Positions 47,851 through 57,884 of a DNA stretch of 64,000 nucleotides are shown here, piece by piece (the first letter of the stretch is position 1; each line of letters begins with the position of its first letter). The stretch is from the IMG/VR virus record IMGVR_UViG_3300049217_000071, positions 62,001 through 126,000 of that record, one strand, 5' to 3'. Made by a program: the position numbers and the translations under genes. The notes under the pieces are model-generated. The model saw nothing but the letters and a program-made list of their open reading frames with translations. It did not search any database and was not told where the DNA came from.

Positions 47851-48238
47851 ATGGGTGATGTGCAAGTTTATAAGCTGGTGCTCCAGGTGAGCCCAAGTTC
47901 TCGGATGACTTCGAGGTGGTCAAGAAAGCTGTTCTGCAAGTAACGGATATCAAGACTAACCGCAACAAATACTACGCTATTGAGCTGCACTCCAACAAAG
48001 ACAAGTACCGTGTCTTCACTCATTATGGCCGCACGGATGATTTGGATAGCAATCCTAATGCAGGTGCCCGAGAGGGAAGATGAAAAACTACTCCAATATT
48101 ACTTATGGGCTGAAAGAGCCGCCGGCCGGATATGATAGTTGCCACGGAGTTAGAGGAACGCAGTTCGCAGATGATGAGTTTGTTATCTATTCTCATGACC
48201 AGCAAAAGCTGGAATATTTGGCGGAATGCACTTATTGA
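47851..48238 (+). pseudogene. second PARP gene, frameshifted and internally deleted
   Basis: WGR part: TDIKTNRNKYYAIELH...VFTHYGRT; 48080-48238: GYDSCHG...DDEFVIY...QQKLEYLAE (PARP catalytic end). Confidence 0.8.
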
Positions 48239-48254
48239 GGAAAATTAGCTGGGC

Positions 48255-48283
48255 TTGACCATTCAACCGCCCATCGTTATATT
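48255..48283 (+). promoter_or_regulatory. sigma70-type promoter
   Basis: TTGACC-17nt-TATATT. Confidence 0.65.
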
Positions 48284-48299
48284 AGGTCGAGAGGTTATA

Positions 48300-48911
48300 A
48301 TGTTCAAGAAAATTGCTTTGGTTTGTGCTTTAGTATTGGCTGGTTGTGCTTCGCCTACTGCGGTTGCAGTGCAGCCGGTTGTTCCAGTCAAAGCAGAACC
48401 CCCAGCTTGGGTAGTTCTCAAGACCGCTAATTACTCTATCTCAGTCCCACCTGATTTCATCAATGTCAAGGACTCTAAAGAAAACCTTTTGGACTTTGTC
48501 TATAAGTCTCCCGACAGTATGTTGGTGCTAACTTTGACAACCGATCAAACTACGGATGATCTGGATACTTATGCCAGCGCTTTCGTGCAAGCAATGATCA
48601 ATGATGGGGCCGACCTCTTGCAAGCTAAAGAGGGAATGATGGGTGGGCTCCGAACCGCACTTCTTGTGATGGGGATGAACCGTAGATTTATTACTCTGCA
48701 CTTCTTGGCCCAAGACAACAGGATAATGGCCGGTGGGGCAGCCAGAGGCCCGAACTCTCCTAAAGTTGCTACCAAGGTGTATTACGTCAGTTGTGCCATC
48801 AATCCCTTGATGCTCAAAGATAAAGCCGCTACTTGCTTGGAAATCACCAAGAGTTTTACTCCTGCACCGATAGGAGACGATGCCGTTCACATCAGGAAGC
48901 TCCCTGAATGA
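48300..48911 (+). CDS. putative lipoprotein
   Basis: lipobox LAGC; YSISVPPDF (PsbP/DcrB-like). Confidence 0.75.
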   Translation: MFKKIALVCALVLAGCASPTAVAVQPVVPVKAEPPAWVVLKTANYSISVPPDFINVKDSKENLLDFVYKSPDSMLVLTLTTDQTTDDLDTYASAFVQAMINDGADLLQAKEGMMGGLRTALLVMGMNRRFITLHFLAQDNRIMAGGAARGPNSPKVATKVYYVSCAINPLMLKDKAATCLEITKSFTPAPIGDDAVHIRKLPE

Positions 48912-49026
48912 GTTTTTGGATGCACCTGTTGCTGGCGGTGAGTTTGACGCTGACTTTTAGCCTCTTGGCTTATCAGTTATTTTTCGATGAATAACATAGC
49001 AATAACGAGATATATACATACCAAAT

Positions 49027-49112
49027 GTCACTGTGGTGTAATGGTAGCCACGAAAGTTTTAGAAGCTTTTGCTCGAAAGGGCGTGTAGGTTCGAGTCCTA
49101 TCAGTGACACCA
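49027..49112 (+). tRNA. tRNA-Leu (TAG)
   Basis: aaagt-ttTAGaa-gcttt, long arm, CCA. Confidence 0.93.
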
Positions 49113-49115
49113 AAT

Positions 49116-49201
49116 GCGGTTGTGTTGTAATGGTAGCCAAGGCAGAATGAGAGTCTGTTGGGGGAAACCCCGTGTAGGTTCAAGTCCTATCAACCGCACC
49201 A
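49116..49201 (+). tRNA. tRNA-Leu (GAG)
   Basis: gcaga-atGAGag-tctgt, long arm, CCA. Confidence 0.9.
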
Positions 49202-49207
49202 AATAAT

Positions 49208-49293
49208 GCTCACGTGGCGGAATGGTATACGCGAATGTCTCAGAAGCATTTGGGAGAAATCCCTTGGAGGTTCAAGTCCTCTCGTGAGCACCA
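49208..49293 (+). tRNA. tRNA-Leu (CAG)
   Basis: aatgt-ctCAGaa-gcatt, long arm, CCA. Confidence 0.93.
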
Positions 49294-49301
49294 ATTATTG
49301 A

Positions 49302-49667
49302 TTAGCTATACTTTTTGACTAACCTATCGACAATCGTAGCGATATTAGTTGAAGCAACAGGTGGGGTTGGCTTATTGATTTCTTTGATCCACCACATCAG
49401 TCTGTTGTAAGTTTCCAAACTTTGCTTGGCTAAAATCTTGCCTTGAGTGCTGACATCGGATTGAATGGTAGGTAGCACTTGACTTTGCAAGTCAAAAGCC
49501 ATCTGACTCAACTGTGTATAGAGTGGTCGTTTATCAGCAGGTAATGTGTTGGAATGCTGTTGTTGTTGAAGTTAGGTGATAAAAGCTTCAGCCTGTTCAA
49601 TAGCTTCACCAGCGGCTTCTAAATTAGCAGCCTGTCCATACCTCTTGAAGAGTTGTTCTAAAGACAT
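49302..49667 (-). pseudogene. paralog of the C-terminal domain of the upstream gene, with in-frame TAA (49572-49574)
   Basis: MSLEQLFKRYGQAANLEAAGEAIEQAEAFIT*LQQ...LYTQLSQM vs MNAAGDVISKATAFLQAL...IYLQLQQM. Confidence 0.7.
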
Positions 49668-50782
49668 TAGGATTGTCCATACTTAGCAATTAGCTTATCA
49701 AGTGCGGAATCGGTAGCTGGAGCAGCCGGTCTTCTTTGTTGTGGTCTTCTGTTATGTTGTCCGGCTGTACGAGCTTGACCCGCTATTTGGGTGAGCCACT
49801 GTCCAATTTGCTGAGATACTTGTTGAGCTTGTCCCAACTGTTGTGGATTGAATTGTAAAGATGGTAAAGCGGCAGCAAGTTGTCCACCCATCTGTTGTAG
49901 TTGCAAATAAATCTGATTGAGGTTCTTAGGACGACCCATCTGGAATTGAGCTGGTAGTGCTTGTAGAAAAGCAGTAGCCTTGCTAATAACATCACCCGCC
50001 GCATTCATCTCAGGACTTTGACCACTGGATGCAGCAGGAGCATCACCCGCATATCCGCCAGGCGCTCTTCCTTCTGAAGCGGTATCTAAAACACGCTGCA
50101 TAGCGATAGCATCGGTTGCTTGCGGCATTCCGTATTCGGTTTTGTAGGACTGTAAAGCAAATTGAGTATTAGGGCCTATGACACCGTCAACGGCCAATGG
50201 TTTACCATCTTTACCAGTTAGCTTGTAAGTGAATCGTAGAATGGTTTGTAGCTGTCTCACCTTAGGATCGGAAGCGGCTTTTTGAGGTTCTGCCGGTTGT
50301 CTAATACCAGTTCCACTCATATCTGGCTGTCCAGCAGCGGGCTCGCCCCAAAGACCACTTTGGGTTCCAGGAGCACTCCAAGGAGTGGTTTGAGCATACT
50401 TGTTCAATAGCTCTTCACTCACATCTAAAGATGAATTCTTTTTCTTATCAGACTTCCCAATGCTAGGATATTTAGAATGCACCTTGCCACTAACCAAAGA
50501 CTGTAAGCTTTTTAGGGAGCCGCCATACCAAGATGGCACAGAGCTGTATTGATGAACTCTGGCCAGAGCATTTCTGGCTTGGCCCTCATCATTGATTGGG
50601 AAATGATCCTTCTTATCCTTGGCACTGGAAGCTGGGACACAAACAGTTCCACGATTACGAACCTTGGCCTTAGGATCTAGCTTTTTCTTTTCCTTTTTCT
50701 TAGCCTCGATAATTAGAGAGGTGATCCCTATTTTTTCGTAATTACAGGTTATTTTTAGTAATTTGTTTGCATCGCGGGACAT
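49667..50782 (-). CDS. Gln-rich protein with peptidoglycan-binding domain
   Basis: VRQLQTIL...LAVDGVIGPNT..AL..Y; HFPI.....ARNALAR. Confidence 0.8.
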   Translation of the reverse strand: MSRDANKLLKITCNYEKIGITSLIIEAKKKEKKKLDPKAKVRNRGTVCVPASSAKDKKDHFPINDEGQARNALARVHQYSSVPSWYGGSLKSLQSLVSGKVHSKYPSIGKSDKKKNSSLDVSEELLNKYAQTTPWSAPGTQSGLWGEPAAGQPDMSGTGIRQPAEPQKAASDPKVRQLQTILRFTYKLTGKDGKPLAVDGVIGPNTQFALQSYKTEYGMPQATDAIAMQRVLDTASEGRAPGGYAGDAPAASSGQSPEMNAAGDVISKATAFLQALPAQFQMGRPKNLNQIYLQLQQMGGQLAAALPSLQFNPQQLGQAQQVSQQIGQWLTQIAGQARTAGQHNRRPQQRRPAAPATDSALDKLIAKYGQS

Positions 50783-50846
50783 TGAAACCTCTTTCGACAG
50801 GTGGTATAGAAGAGACATACTAATAATTACGGGATTATTGCCATAG

Positions 50847-51323
50847 ATGGTCGAGTTTAGTAATAGGGAAAGTTTGCTGGCTTGGGCGGCAGGTTTGTTC
50901 GATGGTGAAGGAACAATCTATATTTCCAAGGCTAGAATTAGAGCTTCCGTTCATATGACAGATCTGGATATCTTGGAAACTTTTCGCTCTAACTTTGGTG
51001 GTTTCATCCATCCACAGAAGAAGCAAAAAGAACATCATAAAAAGTCGTGGAGATGGTCTTTGCAGGCTTCAGATAAGGCAATGTCTTTCTTGACGGATAT
51101 ATTACCGTTTTTACACGCCAGGAGATCAAAAAGGGTGGCAGAGGCAATTAGCTGCTATTCTCTGGCGATGCAGGAAAGAAAATCCAAGCAAAATAAGGTA
51201 AAGGAAGTAAGGGAGAAGATTAGAGAATTAGGAAAAACTGATATGACGCATAAAGACATATCAATATTATTCCATGTAGATAGAAGCTACGTTTCCCATG
51301 TGCTAAATGGGTCTTACGTATAA
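50847..51323 (+). mobile_element. single-motif LAGLIDADG endonuclease gene in tRNA region
   Basis: LAWAAGLFDGEGTIYI; FL..ILPFL; C-terminal HTH. Confidence 0.88.
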
Positions 51324-51326
51324 TAT

Positions 51327-51402
51327 GGTGTCGTTTGTCATCTAGTGATGATGGCTGACTGTGAATCAGCTAAGGCGAGTGCAATCCTCGTACGACACCC
51401 CA
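51327..51402 (+). tRNA. tRNA-His (GTG) with encoded G-1
   Basis: G-1:C73, gctga-ctGTGaa-tcagc; T-loop TGC rather than TTC. Confidence 0.9.
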
Positions 51403-51410
51403 AGCCAAAT

Positions 51411-51485
51411 GGCTCGTTCGTCTATCGGTTAGGACAAGAGGCTTTCAACCTCTGAAGAGGAGTTCGACTCTCCTACGGGTCACCA
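51411..51485 (+). tRNA. tRNA-Glu (TTC)
   Basis: agagg-ctTTCaa-cctct, CCA. Confidence 0.93.
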
Positions 51486-51503
51486 GCAGCACAAACCAGT
51501 AAT

Positions 51504-51578
51504 GGTCCCATCGTCTAGCGGCTAGGACGCGACCCTCTCAAGGTCAAAACACGGGTTCGATTCCCGTTGGGATCACCA
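51504..51578 (+). tRNA. tRNA-Glu (CTC)
   Basis: gacc-ctCTCaa-ggtc, CCA. Confidence 0.93.
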
Positions 51579-51610
51579 AAGCTATCAATAGCTTGATATA
51601 GTTAGAGTAT

Positions 51611-51685
51611 GCCTCTGTGGTCCAAGGGATGGGCAGCCGCCTTCTAAGTGGCCTTATGTAGGTTCGAATCCTACCAGAGGTGCCA
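51611..51685 (+). tRNA. tRNA-Arg (TCT)
   Basis: gccgc-ctTCTaa-gtggc, CCA. Confidence 0.92.
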
Positions 51686-51696
51686 GATAGTTAGAT

Positions 51697-51771
51697 GCGC
51701 TTATGGTCTAATGGAAGGGCAACAGCCTACGAAGCTGTCCTATGCAGGTTCGAGTCCTGCTAAGCGCGCCA
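51697..51771 (+). tRNA. tRNA-Arg (ACG)
   Basis: acagc-ctACGaa-gctgt, CCA. Confidence 0.93.
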
Positions 51772-51772
51772 A

Positions 51773-52210
51773 ATGAAAGTCTGCACAAAGTGCAAATTCG
51801 ATTATCCTGCACCATTGGAAGATCATTTCAATAGAAGAAGTTCAGCTAAAGACGGATTTCAATACCGTTGTAAAAAGTGTATGGTTGAAGTTCATAAAGA
51901 GCACTACCAAGAGAATGTGTCCTACTATAAAAAGAAGGCGCTAAAACACAACGCTAAATATAGACTAAGAAATCTTCAGTATATGGTTGATTATCTCAAA
52001 CAGCACCCATGCGTTGACTGTCCCGAAATAGATCCGGTAGTACTAGAATTTGATCATCGTGGTAATAAAGATTACAATGTCGGCGAGATGTCGAATTACA
52101 GTTTGAGCACTATAATAAAAGAGATTGCGAAGTGTGATATAAGGTGTGCCAATTGTCATAAACGAAAGACGGCCAAGCAATTCAACTACTATCAAGGTAT
52201 TACTTTGTAA
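51773..52210 (+). mobile_element. HNH endonuclease gene between tRNA-Arg genes
   Basis: CTKC, CKKC, PCVDC, LEFDH, EIAKC.IRCANCH. Confidence 0.88.
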
Positions 52211-52224
52211 GAATATGTCTCTAT

Positions 52225-52299
52225 GTCTCTATGGTCCAATGGAAGGGCAGCGGCCTTCGAAGCCGCCTTATGTAGGTTCGAGTCCTATTAGAGATACCA
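52225..52299 (+). tRNA. tRNA-Arg (TCG)
   Basis: gcggc-ctTCGaa-gccgc, CCA. Confidence 0.92.
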
Positions 52300-52302
52300 C
52301 AT

Positions 52303-52379
52303 ACGCCTGTAGCTCAGTTGGATAGAGCGCAACCCTGCGAAGGTTGAGGTCATCGGTTCGAATCCGATTAGGCGTGCCA
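52303..52379 (+). tRNA. tRNA-Arg (GCG)
   Basis: caacc-ctGCGaa-ggttg, A20, G73, CCA. Confidence 0.92.
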
Positions 52380-52381
52380 AA

Positions 52382-52403
52382 AGCTCCGCAAGGAGCTATT
52401 TTT
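52382..52403 (+). terminator. intrinsic terminator after tRNA cluster
   Basis: AGCTCC-gcaa-GGAGCT then ATTTTT. Confidence 0.7.
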
Positions 52404-52407
52404 ATTT

Positions 52408-52860
52408 GTGGAGCCTGAAATGAAAGCACATGAGCTGGCCACGATTACTCAGCAAGCTATTACCAAGCGAAACAACGAGAGACCTGCCCAACTCTACAAA
52501 GAGTTGATGGCATCGATGGAATCTATAGCTAAAACTGGATATGATCACATTGATTTTCTCTTCAGTGATCCACCTGAGGTGATAGCGGAAGTACTTGACT
52601 GTCTCCGAAAAGATGGTTATAGTCTCGGTAAGTTAGAGAAGGGTGTTGTTAGAATTACTTGGGGCAAGAATGTCCAATGCGAATTCGATATTGCTTGGGT
52701 AGGTCGTTGCAAAGAGCCAGCAGGTAAGACTGGGTTTTGTGTTGAGCACACATCTCGTAGATGCACTTGCGGTAGGCAAGCTGTCCGAGAATGTGAAGCT
52801 ACCATTGGCGCTTTTGTGTGTGGACATCTAACTTGTGGCAAATGCCGCCACCAACACTAA
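52408..52860 (+). CDS. hypothetical protein with Cys-rich C-terminus
   Basis: 150-aa ORF. Confidence 0.65.
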   Translation: MEPEMKAHELATITQQAITKRNNERPAQLYKELMASMESIAKTGYDHIDFLFSDPPEVIAEVLDCLRKDGYSLGKLEKGVVRITWGKNVQCEFDIAWVGRCKEPAGKTGFCVEHTSRRCTCGRQAVRECEATIGAFVCGHLTCGKCRHQH

Positions 52861-52861
52861 A

Positions 52862-53089
52862 ATGGATGACGATGATGATAAGCTGACTCTGCGTGATAAG
52901 TTGGCTGCTGCCGCTTTACCCGCACTGATGCAACGATACAATGATCACGTCTCCTCCAAGTGGACTATGATGAAGAATGGCAACACCATCACCACGGAAG
53001 CCTTTCGAGAAGATGCGGAGATCATTTCCGTTATGGCTTACAAGCTTGCCGATGCAATGCGCAAGGCCCGATTGAAGGCCTTTACCTAA
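52862..53089 (+). CDS. conserved phage protein (LRD..A..A...AY..ADAM..AR)
   Basis: motif common in small phage proteins. Confidence 0.7.
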   Translation: MDDDDDKLTLRDKLAAAALPALMQRYNDHVSSKWTMMKNGNTITTEAFREDAEIISVMAYKLADAMRKARLKAFT

Positions 53090-53103
53090 TAGAATGGAGC
53101 TAC

Positions 53104-53409
53104 ATGCCCCGACCAGAATTCGTAACGAATGAAGACCTACAACGATGGTCAGACAAGATAGATAACGATCCACTGATGTCGCCAGCCTTGGCGCAAAGCC
53201 CTCTAATAAGAGAAGTCTGTTTAGCAGGACGGTGGTTGAACGAGAAACTGATAGAGCTGGATTGTCCCGACCATATCATTGGCTGTATTATGTATACGGC
53301 CGGAGAGATTTGTTTTGGACGTTCCGATCCTTGGAAAGTGCATCAAGATATCCTGGATAGGTATGTCAATAACACGCTCGTGATTGATCCGCCAGATGAA
53401 TCCAACTGA
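53104..53409 (+). CDS. hypothetical protein
   Basis: GGAG RBS. Confidence 0.6.
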   Translation: MPRPEFVTNEDLQRWSDKIDNDPLMSPALAQSPLIREVCLAGRWLNEKLIELDCPDHIIGCIMYTAGEICFGRSDPWKVHQDILDRYVNNTLVIDPPDESN

Positions 53410-53818
53410 AACTAAACTCTCGGCTATGGAGAGCTTCGTCAAACTATTTGATGAAGAGCAGCCCACCTGTATCTATTGCAAAACTCTCTGTGGGATCAGT
53501 TCACGGACAGTAGCTAATGATGGTAAGATTTGGACTACCAATACCTACAGTTGTATAGAGTGTAAAGAAACTGTCAATACCTATGTAGTGGATGGTCTCC
53601 AGACTCTTTTTGATCCGCTTAGGAAGATGCCAGTTTGTTATGACTTCCGATTGTCTTGCAATGAGCTGGTTCTGTGGTATGGTGATAACCCAGAAAACTT
53701 CTTGGTTGGCAATAGGGTGATGAGCGTACATTGTGCGAAAATCCCCACTTTTGTCATGGATTTTTCCGACAAAAACAAACTGTATCGTAAGCTCAAGACT
53801 TACCTACTATTTTCCTGA
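53396..53818 (+). CDS. CxxC protein with C-terminal KLKTYLLFS
   Basis: shared C-terminus. Confidence 0.7.
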   Translation: MNPTETKLSAMESFVKLFDEEQPTCIYCKTLCGISSRTVANDGKIWTTNTYSCIECKETVNTYVVDGLQTLFDPLRKMPVCYDFRLSCNELVLWYGDNPENFLVGNRVMSVHCAKIPTFVMDFSDKNKLYRKLKTYLLFS

Positions 53819-53851
53819 ATAGCTGCTTCAATCTTTTTTCTTTGCATCACA

Positions 53852-53879
53852 TTGACAGTAATTGTATCGTGAGTATATT
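53852..53879 (+). promoter_or_regulatory. sigma70-type promoter
   Basis: TTGACA-16nt-TATATT. Confidence 0.7.
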
Positions 53880-53912
53880 GTAAGGGTATCTTTTGATTAG
53901 GGAAGGAATAAC

Positions 53913-55046
53913 ATGCCGAAGGATCTAACCGCACCGACTATGTCCTCTTCAGACTTCAATCTGGAGAAATTGAATACGAAAGACTTGTCCGAGCATTTGG
54001 GCGCCTCCATTCAGATGGGCGGCAATATTGCCGTCTTCGGTCGCAGAGGCACCGGTAAAACGGAAATCGCCAAATACGAAATCAAGAAAGCAGATTTTAC
54101 GGAAGTCTATATCAACCTCTCCGTTTTGGAACGAGTAGATATGGGCGGTTATCCCAACATTATGGCCGCTGGTCAACGGAAGAAGTTCGTTGACTTTTTG
54201 CTCCCCGAGTTCTATGAACAGATGATGGAAGGCAAGAAGCCAGTCGTTGCTCTGTTAGACGAAGTGGATAAGGCCGACCCCAGTTTATGGGCGCCACTCT
54301 TGGAGTTCACGCAATTCCGCAGCATCAACCATCGTCCCCTTCCTAAGTTGCATGCCATTATTATGACCGGCAACTTGATTTCAGAAGGCGGCTCTCGTCC
54401 CAGCTTGCCGCTGTTGGATAGAGCAGAAAAGTATTTAGTGGAAGCTGACGCCACCTCTTGGTTGGATTGGGCCGGTAAGTCAGGTCGCATTCATCCTTCC
54501 ATTACGGCCTATGTCAACGACCATCCTAAGGATTTGTTCGGGGCTGTTGACCCAGAAGAGCGTTATGCCGATCCTTCCCCTCGTGGTTGGGATAGAGCCT
54601 CTCAAATTCTCTTCAAGGGAGAAGAGCGCGGTTGGAGCACCTACCTGCTCAACAAGAAGGTGGCAGGATGCGTGGGCAAAGATGCCGGCATCAAGTACTC
54701 TAACTACTATGAGCACTATATGGAACTTCTACCGATGGTGGAAGACATCTATCAGGGCCGAGACGTTTCTGGCAAGTACGCCACCTTGGAGCCTACCAAG
54801 AAATTGGTAGCTTGTATGATCACCTGTGCCCGTTTGGCAACTCAGTTGGATCAAGTCAAGGAGTCTGATGAACTGCCGGTTTCTATCAAGCACGTCGGCA
54901 AGTTCCTGCACAAGGTCTCTTACGAAAACGTTTTGGTGGCTGTGAGAAGTCAAGTTCAGATTGAGCGTATGGTCAAATTCAATCTTGACGAACATCCTGA
55001 TTGGGCTAATGTATTGAGCAAGATCAACAAGCAGGTAGATCAATAA
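53913..55046 (+). CDS. MoxR-like AAA+ ATPase
   Basis: GRRGTGKT, LLDEVDKA, TGN, PL.DR, PSPRGW. Confidence 0.9.
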   Translation: MPKDLTAPTMSSSDFNLEKLNTKDLSEHLGASIQMGGNIAVFGRRGTGKTEIAKYEIKKADFTEVYINLSVLERVDMGGYPNIMAAGQRKKFVDFLLPEFYEQMMEGKKPVVALLDEVDKADPSLWAPLLEFTQFRSINHRPLPKLHAIIMTGNLISEGGSRPSLPLLDRAEKYLVEADATSWLDWAGKSGRIHPSITAYVNDHPKDLFGAVDPEERYADPSPRGWDRASQILFKGEERGWSTYLLNKKVAGCVGKDAGIKYSNYYEHYMELLPMVEDIYQGRDVSGKYATLEPTKKLVACMITCARLATQLDQVKESDELPVSIKHVGKFLHKVSYENVLVAVRSQVQIERMVKFNLDEHPDWANVLSKINKQVDQ

Positions 55047-55085
55047 GACCTATCCCCCAATTGATATATACTCAATGGAGTCTCA

Positions 55086-56780
<1,695 letters not shown>

Positions 56781-56782
56781 GA

Positions 56783-57262
56783 ATGAACAACCTCATCAAC
56801 ATTGAGTTCCTGGACAAGAAGGCTTTTCCTAAAGGGCCTTGGATGAGTGAGCCAGATATCTGTGCTTGGGAACATAAGATTCCTTGCTTGGCTCTGCGTG
56901 ATATGAGCTTGGGTATTTGGAGGGGTTTTGCGGCCCTAACAGAAGGTCATCCTTTCTATGGTAGGATTATGGAAGAGTTGATCAAGATTCCTCAAGCCAC
57001 TGAAATCTTCCTATCTACTTATGGCGGAATTAGTGGAGTGGGTCGTTTGCCTACCGAGTATGCCAGGTTTGACAAGAACTATTGGTGGGTTAGTGTCGCC
57101 ACCATTCACGGTGGAGATTTGGTACCACTCCTCAAGATGGAGGACGTGGACGCTAATATGGCCAAGATGATGTCTAACCAAACCTACAAGAACCTCAAGT
57201 TCATTAGAAGAGAAGTCAATAAGCTGGCAGAAAGTTTAGCCAGAATTACTTCAGTGGAGTAA
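56783..57262 (+). CDS. hypothetical phage protein
   Basis: GPW..EPD; HPFYG. Confidence 0.7.
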   Translation: MNNLINIEFLDKKAFPKGPWMSEPDICAWEHKIPCLALRDMSLGIWRGFAALTEGHPFYGRIMEELIKIPQATEIFLSTYGGISGVGRLPTEYARFDKNYWWVSVATIHGGDLVPLLKMEDVDANMAKMMSNQTYKNLKFIRREVNKLAESLARITSVE

Positions 57263-57267
57263 GTCAA

Positions 57268-57795
57268 ATGGTTTTTATGATCGCCTTGATGGGCGGACTC
57301 TTTGCAGTCCTGGCCTTCATTCATTTCTTTGTGGATTGGATCTTCCAAAGCCACGCTGAAGCTATGGTCAAGCACAACAATCCCTACATTCGAGCTAAAC
57401 ATTGCCTCATCTATACGCTGGGTTTTACTCCGCTCTTTTGGTTAGTAGGCTTTGGTCGTTTGGAATGGATGATTGGTCTCAACATTCTTTTCCTGTCTCA
57501 TTTCATTGAAGACACATATTGGCCAGTGTTCCTCTGGGCCAAATACATTCGCAGACCGCCCGAGATGACTCAACCTCGTAAGCAGGTGGGGTTTGATGGA
57601 TACGTTGCTGTTCTACCGCCCGATGCCAAGGCTGGGTTTATGGAGTTTGTGCAGACTCCGCTGGGCAAGATCCTGATGATTGCTATTGACCAAATCATTC
57701 ATCTGTTTTTCCTCTTCCCTATTGCTTGGATGATCCTGAGCCATATTACGGATGACTTTGGGATTACGCTCCTTTCTTTTATCCGCCCAATCTGA
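57268..57795 (+). CDS. DUF3307-like membrane protein
   Basis: HF.VDW.FQ, H..IY, SHFIED, DQI.H. Confidence 0.8.
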   Translation: MVFMIALMGGLFAVLAFIHFFVDWIFQSHAEAMVKHNNPYIRAKHCLIYTLGFTPLFWLVGFGRLEWMIGLNILFLSHFIEDTYWPVFLWAKYIRRPPEMTQPRKQVGFDGYVAVLPPDAKAGFMEFVQTPLGKILMIAIDQIIHLFFLFPIAWMILSHITDDFGITLLSFIRPI

Positions 57796-57811
57796 AAAAT
57801 TCGCGCCACCC

Positions 57812-57839
57812 TTGACGCCGCAATTTACGTGGATACGTT
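57812..57839 (+). promoter_or_regulatory. sigma70-type promoter of rIIA/rIIB
   Basis: TTGACG-16nt-TACGTT. Confidence 0.6.
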
Positions 57840-57884
57840 GGGGTCAGGTGTGCGAAGTGTTTTACCGGAGAGGTATACTGCGAA

